Source: Abditibacterium sp.
GTDB lineage: Bacteria; Armatimonadota; Abditibacteriia; Abditibacteriales; Abditibacteriaceae
Assembly: GCA_965246885.1 (NCBI GenBank)
Contig: OZ251992.1
Coordinates: forward strand, 1,600,001 to 1,664,000
Reading direction: 5' to 3'
Length of the DNA: 64,000 nucleotides
The position numbers and the translations under genes were made by a program. The notes beneath the pieces were generated by a model. It was not told the DNA's origin and made no database searches. It was given only the letters and a program-made list of their open reading frames with translations. Shown here piece by piece: positions 9,386-17,702 of this stretch. Positions within the stretch are counted from its first letter, which is position 1. Each line of letters opens with the position of its first letter.

Positions 9386-10135
9386 ATGGCCCAGAAAACC
9401 TTTGGCAAAGACACGCGCGTCCTCGTCGTCGGCGCCTCTGGCGGCATTGGGAAAGCGCTTTGCCGCGAGTTCGCCCGACATGGCGCGAACCTCATCTTGG
9501 CCGGACGCGACGCCGAAGAACTCGCGCTTTTGCGTTGCGACTTGCAAGTGCGCGGCGGCGCCCATGTCGAAGTCAAGAGCTTCGATGCCCTCGACTACGC
9601 CTCGCACCCCGCCTTCTGGCAAGAGTGCGGCCAAGTGGACGGCGTGGTTTGCTGCTTCGGCATCTTGACCGACGAAGCGCACGCTCAACGCGACCCGGCG
9701 CTCTGCCGCGCTCTGATTGAAACCAACTACAACGCCAACATCTCCCTGCTCAACGAAGTAGCAAACACCTTTGAGGATCGCGGGCGCGGCTTCATTTGCA
9801 CCCTTTCCAGCGTCGCGGGCGAACGCGCGCGCCAATCCAACTACCTTTACGGCTCCGCCAAAGCGGGCCTGACCGCCTATACCGAGGGCCTGCGCGCCCG
9901 CCTTTGGAAGTCCGGCGTGTCCGTCACGACCGTCAAACCCGGCCCCGTCGACACCGGCATGACATTCGGCATGGACAAACTCCCGCTTCTCGCCCCGCCC
10001 GAAAAGGTGGCGAGCGACATCTACCGGGGCCTGCGTCGCGGCGCCGATGTCGTCTGGACGCCCGCCCCTTGGCGCCTCATCATGGCCATCCTTCGCCTCA
10101 TCCCGGCAGGCGTGTGGAAGCGGTTGAAGTTCTGA
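9386..10135 (+). CDS. SDR-family reductase, DprE2-like
   Basis: VGASGGIG, SSVAGERAR.SNYLYGSAKAG, KPGPVDTGMT. Starts immediately after the DprE1-like stop. Confidence 0.85.
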   Translation: MAQKTFGKDTRVLVVGASGGIGKALCREFARHGANLILAGRDAEELALLRCDLQVRGGAHVEVKSFDALDYASHPAFWQECGQVDGVVCCFGILTDEAHAQRDPALCRALIETNYNANISLLNEVANTFEDRGRGFICTLSSVAGERARQSNYLYGSAKAGLTAYTEGLRARLWKSGVSVTTVKPGPVDTGMTFGMDKLPLLAPPEKVASDIYRGLRRGADVVWTPAPWRLIMAILRLIPAGVWKRLKF

Positions 10136-10157
10136 GAAGCGTGCGCCGTACTGGGTA

Positions 10158-10574
10158 TCAAGGCGCCTTCGACCCATAAAACCCTACTTCATAACCCGCC
10201 GCCCGCAACTTCCTTATCGCCAGCCGGTTGATACTTTGCAGGACGAACAAGCCAACTATCGAGAAGAGTGACAGAATAATGGCGATCCAGCCGCCCTTCA
10301 ACTTAAGCGCCGAGGTCATTCTTCCCACCACGAACGCGCACACCGCGCTAAGCGAAAGTTGTACGAGAGTCAATAGTAAATGCGTGGTGTCGGGCACCTC
10401 CGAGACAGATGTTGTGGGCACCGCTTCATGTACGCCGTAAGCGACTAGAGCTCCGAGGTGCGCGAGTGCGCCGACCCACGCCCGCCTTTGCGCGCTGGCG
10501 AGTGCCGGGAGGGAAATGGCGTTGGCAAGCGGCGCGTCGGCTGTTGGCGAGGCGATGGGCGGGAACTCATTCAC
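10158..10574 (-). CDS. Hypothetical membrane protein (about 3 TM segments)
   Basis: Hydrophobic segments and C-terminal KLRAAGYEVGFYGSK. GTG start at 10574 inferred; lower-GC codons. Confidence 0.55.
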   Translation of the reverse strand: MNEFPPIASPTADAPLANAISLPALASAQRRAWVGALAHLGALVAYGVHEAVPTTSVSEVPDTTHLLLTLVQLSLSAVCAFVVGRMTSALKLKGGWIAIILSLFSIVGLFVLQSINRLAIRKLRAAGYEVGFYGSKAP

Positions 10575-10635
10575 CCCTTCAGTATCGCCTTCGCGTTGGC
10601 GCACGCGGCGGTTTAAACTGCCCGCAGTTTCTTTT

Positions 10636-11325
10636 ATGCCGTTGTCCAATCCGTCTGATGCCGTGTTAGTGGCCCTTGATGTGCCCGCGCCGGAGCGCGC
10701 GCTGGAACTGGTGCAGTTGCTCGAACCGCATGTGGGCGGGTTCAAGGTGGGGCTGGAACTGTTCTGCGCGAGCGGGCCGGGGATCGTCGAGGGGATTGGG
10801 GCGGGGCGGGTGTTTCTGGACTTGAAGTTTCACGACATTCCCAACACCGTCGCGGCGGCGTGCCGGGTGGCGGCGCGGATGGGGGTGCGCATCTTCAACG
10901 TGCATTGTCTGGGCGGACTGGACATGATGCGCGCGGCGGTGGACGCGACGCGCGAGATAGACCCGAACGTGGCCTTGATTGGCGTGACGATCCTGACCTC
11001 GCACGACGCGGACTCGCTCGCGCGCTTGGGCTTGCAAGAGTCGCCGCGCGAGGCCGTCTTGCGCTTGGCGGAGTTGGCGCAGCAAGCGGGGTTGGACGGC
11101 GTGGTGTGTTCGCCGCGCGAGATTCTGCCCGTGCGCGCGCGGTGCGGCGACGACTTCCTGCTCGTGACGCCGGGTATCCGTCCGCAACACGCTGAGTCGG
11201 GCGACCAAAAGCGCACGCTTTCGCCGCGCGAAGCGCTCGAAGCGGGCGCCAACTTCCTCGTCGTCGGGCGCCCTATTACCGGCGCGACCGACCCAGTAGC
11301 GGCGGCGCGGCGGCTGTTTGATTAA
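10636..11325 (+). CDS. pyrF: Orotidine-5'-phosphate decarboxylase
   Basis: VALD, FKVGLEL, FLDLKFHDIPNTV, VTILTS, DGVVCS, VTPGIR, DQKR, VVGRPI. Confidence 0.97.
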   Translation: MPLSNPSDAVLVALDVPAPERALELVQLLEPHVGGFKVGLELFCASGPGIVEGIGAGRVFLDLKFHDIPNTVAAACRVAARMGVRIFNVHCLGGLDMMRAAVDATREIDPNVALIGVTILTSHDADSLARLGLQESPREAVLRLAELAQQAGLDGVVCSPREILPVRARCGDDFLLVTPGIRPQHAESGDQKRTLSPREALEAGANFLVVGRPITGATDPVAAARRLFD

Positions 11326-11453
11326 AGGGCGGCAGAAAAACCAACGAATATAAAGCCCCTCTTAACATCCGCCCCGTGCGGCGCGCGTCTAAGGAGATGG
11401 AACAGAGTTCGCACCGCTTGGTGCGCGGACTCTCGCAGTCACGGACAACACCC

Positions 11454-12197
11454 ATGAAAACCAACCTTTCTCGCGCCCTCACTTTGGGCACCCTCGGCCT
11501 GTTTGCGGGCATGGCTCTCGCCCAGCCCGGCCCCGGCAACGATGCCAATAGGGGCGGTCAGGGCAACGGCGGACGCCCCGGCGGTCGTGGCGGCAACCGC
11601 CCCGATTTTGCGAACATGACCCCCGCCCAGCGCGAGGCTTCCCGTGCCGGGCAACGCGAGCGCCAATTGCGCCGCGCCTTGGCAACCATCGGCATCAACG
11701 ACGCCGCCACGCAAGACCCCATCGTCAAATACAGCAACGACGAAGCCGCCACCATGAGCGCCATCAATCCCAAGATTGAAGCGCTCCGCGCCGCCTTCCG
11801 CGACGGTGCCGACGACAAAACCGTCGCCGCCGCGCTCGCCGATTACAAAACGACTGTCCAAACCGCGCAAACCAATCGCACCGCCGCTATTGCTGCCCTC
11901 GACCAACAAATCTCCTTCTCGACCAAGCCCAAACTCGAAGCCCTGCTCACCATGCTCGGCGTCATCGGCGATGAGACCGGCTTCGTCGCCAACCTGAGCG
12001 GCGACGCCCGTCTCCCCGGCGCCGGTGGCGGACGCGGCGGCAACGGCGGCGGTTTTGGCGGCGGAGGCGGCTTTGGCGGAGGCGGCTTCGGTGGACGTGG
12101 TGGAGGACGCGGCGACAACAACGGCGCCCCCGGCGGTGGCGGCCCCGGCCCCGATGGTGGCGGCCCCGATATGGCTCCCCCGCCGCCCCCGCAATAA
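11454..12197 (+). CDS. Secreted Gly/Pro-rich hypothetical protein with a helical core
   Basis: Signal peptide MKTNLSRALTLG...ALA. GGRGG-rich termini around an Ala-rich helical region. Confidence 0.7.
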   Translation: MKTNLSRALTLGTLGLFAGMALAQPGPGNDANRGGQGNGGRPGGRGGNRPDFANMTPAQREASRAGQRERQLRRALATIGINDAATQDPIVKYSNDEAATMSAINPKIEALRAAFRDGADDKTVAAALADYKTTVQTAQTNRTAAIAALDQQISFSTKPKLEALLTMLGVIGDETGFVANLSGDARLPGAGGGRGGNGGGFGGGGGFGGGGFGGRGGGRGDNNGAPGGGGPGPDGGGPDMAPPPPPQ

Positions 12198-12211
12198 CCG
12201 TTCAATCAAAG

Positions 12212-12246
12212 AGCGCCCAGAACGATTGTTCTGGGCGCTTCTTCTT
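12212..12246. terminator. Bidirectional terminator hairpin
   Basis: agcgcccagaac-gatt-gttctgggcgct followed by tcttctt, between convergent genes. Confidence 0.7.
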
Positions 12247-12263
12247 AACGGGTTCTCTGCAAA

Positions 12264-15200
12264 TTACCCACAGCCCGTCGTTGTGCCACATTCGTTGCAT
12301 TTGTAGCACGCGCCGGAGCGGACGGTGATGGCGCCGCAGTTGGGGCAGGGCGGGCTGTCGGCTTGGGACTGCATAAGCGAGGCTTGCGCGTCGGCGAGGT
12401 TGCCGTTGGCCGCGCCGCCCTCGTGAGAGGGGAGCGAAAACAGCGTGGGCAGGGCGGTGGCTGAAGTGGGCGCGGCGCTAAAAGCGGGCGCCCGTTCAGC
12501 TTTTTTTGGTTCGACCTCCCCTTCTTGGGCGGGTGCGGCTTTGCCAAAGTGCCCGTTGTCGCCGTTGGGATGAAACTTCTGGTCGAACCACCGGAAGATG
12601 TAATCCATCAGCGACTTAGCGAGCGGAATGTCGCGGTTCGTCGTATACCCCGACGGCTCGAAGCGGGTATGCGAGAACTTGTTAACCAATACCCGCAGGG
12701 GCACTCCGTATTGCAAGCACATGGAGATGGCAACAGCAAAGGAGTCCATGAGGCCGGAGATGGTCGAGCCTTCCTTCGACATCTTAATGAATATCTCGCC
12801 GGGGCTGCCGTCCTCATAGAGGCCGACCATGAAGTAACCCTCTTGACCCGCGATGGAGAATTTGTGCGTAATGCTCATCCGTTCATCGGGCAATTTGCGG
12901 CGCAAAGCGCGTTTCATCTCCGACTCTTTCTGTTCCGCCTTTTGCGCGTCGCTCGAAGTCGAAAGCGGCTGCGTCCGTTTGGAATTGTCGCGGTAGATGG
13001 CAACAGCTTTCACGCCCGACTTCCACGCTTGGATGTAAGCGTCCATTATCTCATCTACCGTGCAGTCTTGCGGCATATTAACGGTCTTTGAAATCGCGCC
13101 ACTAAGGAAGGGTTGCGCCGCCGCCATCATCTTCACGTGGCCCATGTGATGAATGGAGCGCACGCCGTTCATCGCTTTGAAGGCGCAGTCGAAGACGCTA
13201 AAATGCCGGTCTTCCAATCCCGGTGCGCCCTCGATGGTGTCGTTCTTGTCTATGTACTCGACGATGGTTTGAATTTCGTTCTCGTCGTATCCCAACTTGC
13301 GCAACGCGGCGGGGACGGTCTGGTTGACGATCTTAAGCATACCCCCGCCGACCAATTTCTTGTACTTTACAAGCGCAATATCGGGTTCGACGCCCGTCGT
13401 ATCGGCATCCATCATAAAAGAGATGGTGCCGGTGGGAGCAAGAACCGTCGTTTGGGAGTTGCGATACCCATGCTTTTGTCCAAGTAACAATGCCTCATCC
13501 CATACCTTGTGCGCTTCTTCCAACACGTTATCGGCGACAAGCGAGTGGTCAATGCGGTTAACCGCGTCGCGGTGCTTGCCAATAACGCGCAGCATCGGCT
13601 CGCGGTTGAGTTCGTAACCCTCGAACGGGCCAGTATTGCGCGCTATTTTGGCGCTCTGGCGATACCCCGCGCCCGTCATAATGGCAGTTAGCGCCCCCGC
13701 AAACGCGCGGCCTTCATCGGAATCATACGCCAATCCCATCGCCATTAAGAGCGCGCCGATGTTGCAATAGCCCAACCCCAGTGGGCGAAACAGTTCCGAG
13801 TTTTCCGCGATGCGCGCGGTGGGATACGACGCGAAAGAAACGATGATTTCCTGCGCCGTCAAAAACACTTCGCACGCATGGACATAAGCCTTCGCGTCAA
13901 AGTTTCCGGTCTCGAAGTCGTAGAACTTGAGCAAGTTGATGGAAGACAAGTTGCACGCCGTCGAGTCCAGAAACATAAACTCCGAGCAGGGGTTGGAAGC
14001 ATAAATGCGGTCGGTGTTAATGCACGTGTGCCAGTCGTTAATCACCGTGTCGTATTGCATTCCTGGATCGCCGCAAATGTAGGTGGTCTCCGCGATGGAG
14101 CGCAGCATCTGGCGCGCGTCGAGGGTTTCCACCACTTGCCCCGATGTAACCGCGCGCGTCTGCCAAGGCTGGCCGTTCTCGGCGGCGCGCATAAACTCGT
14201 CTGTCACGCGCACAGAGTGGTTGGCGTTTTGAAAAGCGACCGAATCGTACGCGCCGCCGGGCACGTTGAAACCGCCGTTGTAACCCGCGTCTATCAAGGC
14301 CCACGCCTTCTTTTCCTCGTTCGCCTTGCACCAAATGAACTCGGCAATGTCGGGGTGATCCACGTTCAAAATCACCATCTTCGCGGCGCGGCGCGTCGTG
14401 CCGCCCGACTTAATCGCGCCCGCAAAAGCGTCCCAACCGCGCATAAAACTCACGGGGCCGGATGCAATGCCGCCGCCCGACAGGTGCTCCCTTGAGGAGC
14501 GAATGCGCCACAAATTCGAGCCTGCGCCCGACCCGCCCTTAAAGAGGCGCGCTTCGGTCGCGGCCAACTCCATGATGGACTCCATGTCATCGTGCACGTC
14601 GTTGATGAAACACGCGGAACACTGCGGTTTGGCGCCCTTGACGCCGAGGTTGAACCAGACGGGAGAGTTGAAGGCGCCGTATTGATGAAGGAGCAGATAC
14701 ACCAGTTCGTCACGAAAACTCTGCGCATCTTCGGGGCTGGCGAAGTAGCCGCCTTGGTTGCCCCAGTCGTGCAGGGTGTCGGCGACGCGGCCAATGACTT
14801 GGCGCACGCTGGTTTCGCGGGCGGGGGTATTCATCGGGCCGCGAAAATACTTGCTGACGACGACGTTGGTCGCTAACTGCGACCAATGCGCGGGAATGTC
14901 GCAGTCGGTCTGCTCAAAAACCGACTTGCCGTTTTCGCCGGTGATGGACGCAGTGCGCTTTTCCCATCTCGCGGTCGAGAAGGGGTCTTGACCGGCCTTT
15001 GTAAAGTGGCGCGGCATCTTGAGGGCGCGGTCGGGCGCAGTTTGAGCGCGGAAACCGGGCGTCCAACCCGTCGAGCCGGTGCCGGTCGTGACCGGAACTT
15101 TGGCGCGCGCGGCTTCGGCTTCTTCGAGTTCGGACGCGCCCATTTCGCTGGGCACGACAACCGTTGTGCCGTTGGTTTCGTGCGCATGGCCGTTGTGGGC

Positions 15201-15290
15201 GTGGCCATTTTCGGCGTGGCCGTTGCCGTTTTGGGAGGAAGCGTGGCCGTTAGTGGAGGCTGTGGCGATTGGAGTGATGGAGTCGGACAT
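12264..15290 (-). CDS. nrdJ: Vitamin B12-dependent (class II) ribonucleotide reductase with C-terminal TSCPD and Zn-ribbon
   Basis: FNSPVWFN, QCSACFI, IKSGGTTRRAAKM, ASNPCSEF, ACNLSS, LAPTGTI, SGAISKTVN; C-terminal CPNCG...CYKCNECG. ATG at 15290. Confidence 0.95.
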   Translation of the reverse strand: MSDSITPIATASTNGHASSQNGNGHAENGHAHNGHAHETNGTTVVVPSEMGASELEEAEAARAKVPVTTGTGSTGWTPGFRAQTAPDRALKMPRHFTKAGQDPFSTARWEKRTASITGENGKSVFEQTDCDIPAHWSQLATNVVVSKYFRGPMNTPARETSVRQVIGRVADTLHDWGNQGGYFASPEDAQSFRDELVYLLLHQYGAFNSPVWFNLGVKGAKPQCSACFINDVHDDMESIMELAATEARLFKGGSGAGSNLWRIRSSREHLSGGGIASGPVSFMRGWDAFAGAIKSGGTTRRAAKMVILNVDHPDIAEFIWCKANEEKKAWALIDAGYNGGFNVPGGAYDSVAFQNANHSVRVTDEFMRAAENGQPWQTRAVTSGQVVETLDARQMLRSIAETTYICGDPGMQYDTVINDWHTCINTDRIYASNPCSEFMFLDSTACNLSSINLLKFYDFETGNFDAKAYVHACEVFLTAQEIIVSFASYPTARIAENSELFRPLGLGYCNIGALLMAMGLAYDSDEGRAFAGALTAIMTGAGYRQSAKIARNTGPFEGYELNREPMLRVIGKHRDAVNRIDHSLVADNVLEEAHKVWDEALLLGQKHGYRNSQTTVLAPTGTISFMMDADTTGVEPDIALVKYKKLVGGGMLKIVNQTVPAALRKLGYDENEIQTIVEYIDKNDTIEGAPGLEDRHFSVFDCAFKAMNGVRSIHHMGHVKMMAAAQPFLSGAISKTVNMPQDCTVDEIMDAYIQAWKSGVKAVAIYRDNSKRTQPLSTSSDAQKAEQKESEMKRALRRKLPDERMSITHKFSIAGQEGYFMVGLYEDGSPGEIFIKMSKEGSTISGLMDSFAVAISMCLQYGVPLRVLVNKFSHTRFEPSGYTTNRDIPLAKSLMDYIFRWFDQKFHPNGDNGHFGKAAPAQEGEVEPKKAERAPAFSAAPTSATALPTLFSLPSHEGGAANGNLADAQASLMQSQADSPPCPNCGAITVRSGACYKCNECGTTTGCG

Positions 15291-15347
15291 GGGAATGATG
15301 TGCGCGGCAAATGCGTGGCCTCCCCTCACACTCGCAGGAACGGGGAA

Positions 15348-15395
15348 ACCCAACATCTTGTGCCGTGCGGGGAAAGCGGGCACAACATATCGGAA
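15348..15395. promoter_or_regulatory. Tandem NrdR boxes upstream of nrdJ
   Basis: acccaacatcttgtgc (15348-15363) and gcacaacatatcggaa (15380-15395) resemble the consensus acaCwAtATaTwGtg and start 32 bp apart. Confidence 0.75.
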
Positions 15396-15554
15396 TTTGC
15401 GACCAGAAAAGGTTAAGGCGCGGCCCTCCTCTTTGCAAGCGGCGCGCACCCATTTTCTTTCCCAAAATCCAAATATCATTCCTCGTTTGGGGCACTTTTC
15501 CCTATTTGCGAGTCAGTTATCCCCGCTTTTGCAGCCGTTGGGACATCTGTTGTT

Positions 15555-15854
15555 TCAAGCGGGTTTCGCATCTCCCGATGGAGCCGAAGCGGGAGCCGGA
15601 GTTGTCGGGGCGTCGGCCTTGGTTTCGGCGGGAGCGGCGTCGGTTTTGGGGGCGTCTTCGACCTTGCCGACGCCCGCTTCGGCGCGCGTATCCGTCAGGT
15701 AAAAGCCGGAGCCTTTAAAGATGGTGCGCATCGGGCGAAACACCTTTTGCGTTGGGGCGCCGCAGGTCGGGCAGGGCGGAGCGGCAGAGCCGATCTCTTG
15801 CCATAAGTCAAAAATCGTTCCTTCTTCGGTGCACTTGTATTCGTAGGTGGGCAT
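15555..15854 (-). CDS. FmdB-family zinc-ribbon protein
   Basis: MPTYEYKC...CPTCG...IFKGSGFYLTD followed by a low-complexity tail. Confidence 0.88.
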   Translation of the reverse strand: MPTYEYKCTEEGTIFDLWQEIGSAAPPCPTCGAPTQKVFRPMRTIFKGSGFYLTDTRAEAGVGKVEDAPKTDAAPAETKADAPTTPAPASAPSGDAKPA

Positions 15855-15946
15855 GATTGTTCGAAAGGTGTCGGGCGAGGCGGGAGAGAGGTCTGGCAAC
15901 CGTTCACCGGCCTAAAGGGACGAAAGCATTGTACCGGCGAACCATC

Positions 15947-16030
15947 GGCGCGCCTCATTCTTTCGCTGGCGCGCCTCGTTCTTCGGTTGGCGCGCATAGT
16001 TCTTCGATTGGCGTGTATGCGCCGGAAGTT
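15947..16030. repeat. Degenerate 21-bp-period tandem array (about 4 units)
   Basis: ggcgcgcctcattctttcgct / ggcgcgcctcgttcttcggtt / ggcgcgcatagttcttcgatt / ggcgtgtatg... at 15947, 15968, 15989 and 16010. Confidence 0.8.
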
Positions 16031-16098
16031 CCCAGAAGCCGCGTCCAACACCCCTTGGAGTTTGGCAAAATGCGCCGGGTTGGGCCAAACTGCGCCGC

Positions 16099-17106
16099 GT
16101 GTGGGAACATTTGGTGCGCGGCGGCGCGTTCGAGTTGGCGCTGAGCGCGACCGGGAAAGTCTTCTTGATGGGCGTGGCGGGGTACTTGTTGCTCGCGTGC
16201 GGGGTATTGGGCGAGGAAGCGCTGGGCGCGTTCTCGGCGCTTGTGGCCAATCTGACGCTCCCCTGTTTGATTTTGGCGCGCTTCGCGGAGCAGTTCGACA
16301 CCCACGCGCTCCCGTTTTGGTGGGTGCTCGTGCTGGCGGGCGCGGGGCTACAGTTCGGGCAAATGGCAATTGGTTGGCTGGTGTCGCGGCACTACGCGGT
16401 CGAGAACGGGCGGGCGGAAGTGGTGATGCTGCTCACATTCCAGAACTCCGGGTTTTTCGTGTTGCCGATGTTGCAGGGGTTGCTACCGCGCGCGGAGTTC
16501 GGGCGGGCGGCGGTGCTGATGTTTCTGTTCATCATCTTTTTCAACGCCTCGTTTTGGCCGGTGGGAACGCGGGTGCTGCTGGGGGAGCGCGGCTTCGATT
16601 GGAAACGCACCCTGTTGGCGCCGACGACCTTGGCGACACTGGTGGCTCTGGTCGCGTTTGGGCCGTTGCACGCGTGGGCGCACGCTTGGATGGTGACGCT
16701 GCCCGGTGTGATGCTGTTCGGTGGGCGTTCGCCGGGGGCGCTTCAACTGCTGGGCGACTTGACCACGCCCTTGGCAACGCTTGTCTTGGGAGGCACGATC
16801 GGTCAGACCGCCGCGCGCGGTTGGGCGCACTTTTCGGGCAAGACGGCGGCGCTGGAAGTGTCGTTCTGGAAATTGCTGGTGTTCCCGGCGGTCGGTTGGT
16901 TGCTCATTCACCTCCTACCGGGCCTCTTCGCCGAGCGAGCGTTGCGCTTGATGGTGATGCTGCAATTCGCCGCGCCCGTTGCCATGAACGTGGCGATATT
17001 TTGCCAGCAGCACCGCCTGCCGATGCGCGTCACGCCCGCCGCGTGTCTGGCGACGTATGCGCTGTGCCTGTTGACCGTCCCGTTTTGGTGCGCGTTGGTG
17101 ATGTGA
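16099..17106 (+). CDS. AEC (auxin efflux carrier)-family transporter
   Basis: About 10 TM segments; NLTLPCLI, FQNSGFFVLPM, TTPLATLVLG, QFAAPVAMN. Confidence 0.85.
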   Translation: MWEHLVRGGAFELALSATGKVFLMGVAGYLLLACGVLGEEALGAFSALVANLTLPCLILARFAEQFDTHALPFWWVLVLAGAGLQFGQMAIGWLVSRHYAVENGRAEVVMLLTFQNSGFFVLPMLQGLLPRAEFGRAAVLMFLFIIFFNASFWPVGTRVLLGERGFDWKRTLLAPTTLATLVALVAFGPLHAWAHAWMVTLPGVMLFGGRSPGALQLLGDLTTPLATLVLGGTIGQTAARGWAHFSGKTAALEVSFWKLLVFPAVGWLLIHLLPGLFAERALRLMVMLQFAAPVAMNVAIFCQQHRLPMRVTPAACLATYALCLLTVPFWCALVM

Positions 17107-17111
17107 AGGTT

Positions 17112-17540
17112 TTACTTGGTGCGCGCCCAATAAGTGATGGCGTCGTCATCCGGTAGATTGCGGAAGTTGTAAAGGGTGATGAAGGCGCGGGTATAACCGG
17201 CGGGATGGCCAAGGATGAGTTGGCGTTGCTCGGCGAGTTGGGCGTCCTGCGCGGCGAGTTTGGTTTGCTGCGCGGTGAGTTTCACGTTCTGTGCGGCGAC
17301 TTTGGCTTCGAGATCGTCCATGCGCGCGGTCAGCGTTTCCAGTTCGGTGGGAATATGGACGGTGGTAATACCGTCTTTAAGGCGCTTATTGTTAAAGGAA
17401 GCCGGGTTGTCGTCGGGCACAACGAGGGTAGGCGTGGGGCGCTTGATGTGGATTTGCGAGTTGGCCACGAGGGGCAACAACAGGCCCGCGCCCATGCTCA
17501 GGGCGGCAACGACAACCAAGGTTTTGGCAGAGATTTTCAT
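17112..17540 (-). CDS. Secreted hypothetical protein with a short coiled coil
   Basis: Signal peptide MKISAKTLVVVAALS...ANS; heptad repeats KVAAQNV/KLTAQQT/KLAAQDA. Confidence 0.6.
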   Translation of the reverse strand: MKISAKTLVVVAALSMGAGLLLPLVANSQIHIKRPTPTLVVPDDNPASFNNKRLKDGITTVHIPTELETLTARMDDLEAKVAAQNVKLTAQQTKLAAQDAQLAEQRQLILGHPAGYTRAFITLYNFRNLPDDDAITYWARTK

Positions 17541-17702
17541 GGTGGAACCCTCGCCGCCCTCGCCCCCAACAACTGACACTGCGGGTGCGGACTGAAGCAG
17601 TCCGCAGTGTATGCCGTATCGGGGAGTTGTCAAGGTGTTGTGCCCCCATTTGTGCGCGCCGCGTCGAGAACAACGGGAAAAGGCGAGAACTTGGCAAAGG
17701 TG

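Noticed and set aside
12264..15290. Intein or intron in nrdJ
   Set aside because: The motifs are contiguous; the extra length is explained by a low-complexity N-terminus and the TSCPD/Zn-ribbon domains.
15890..15945. c-di-GMP-I riboswitch (fragments ggcaacc, ccggcctaaa, gggacgaaagc)
   Set aside because: The fragments are in the wrong order and the P2/P3 pairing could not be built; an Infernal/Rfam search would be needed.
17225..17310. Another 21-bp-period stretch
   Set aside because: Explained by coiled-coil heptads within a coding sequence.
17576..17610. Alternative hairpins (tgcggactg-aag-cagtccgca) as a regulatory switch upstream of PilZ-GH26
   Set aside because: Short stems in GC-rich DNA, possibly a decayed REP; no aptamer consensus.
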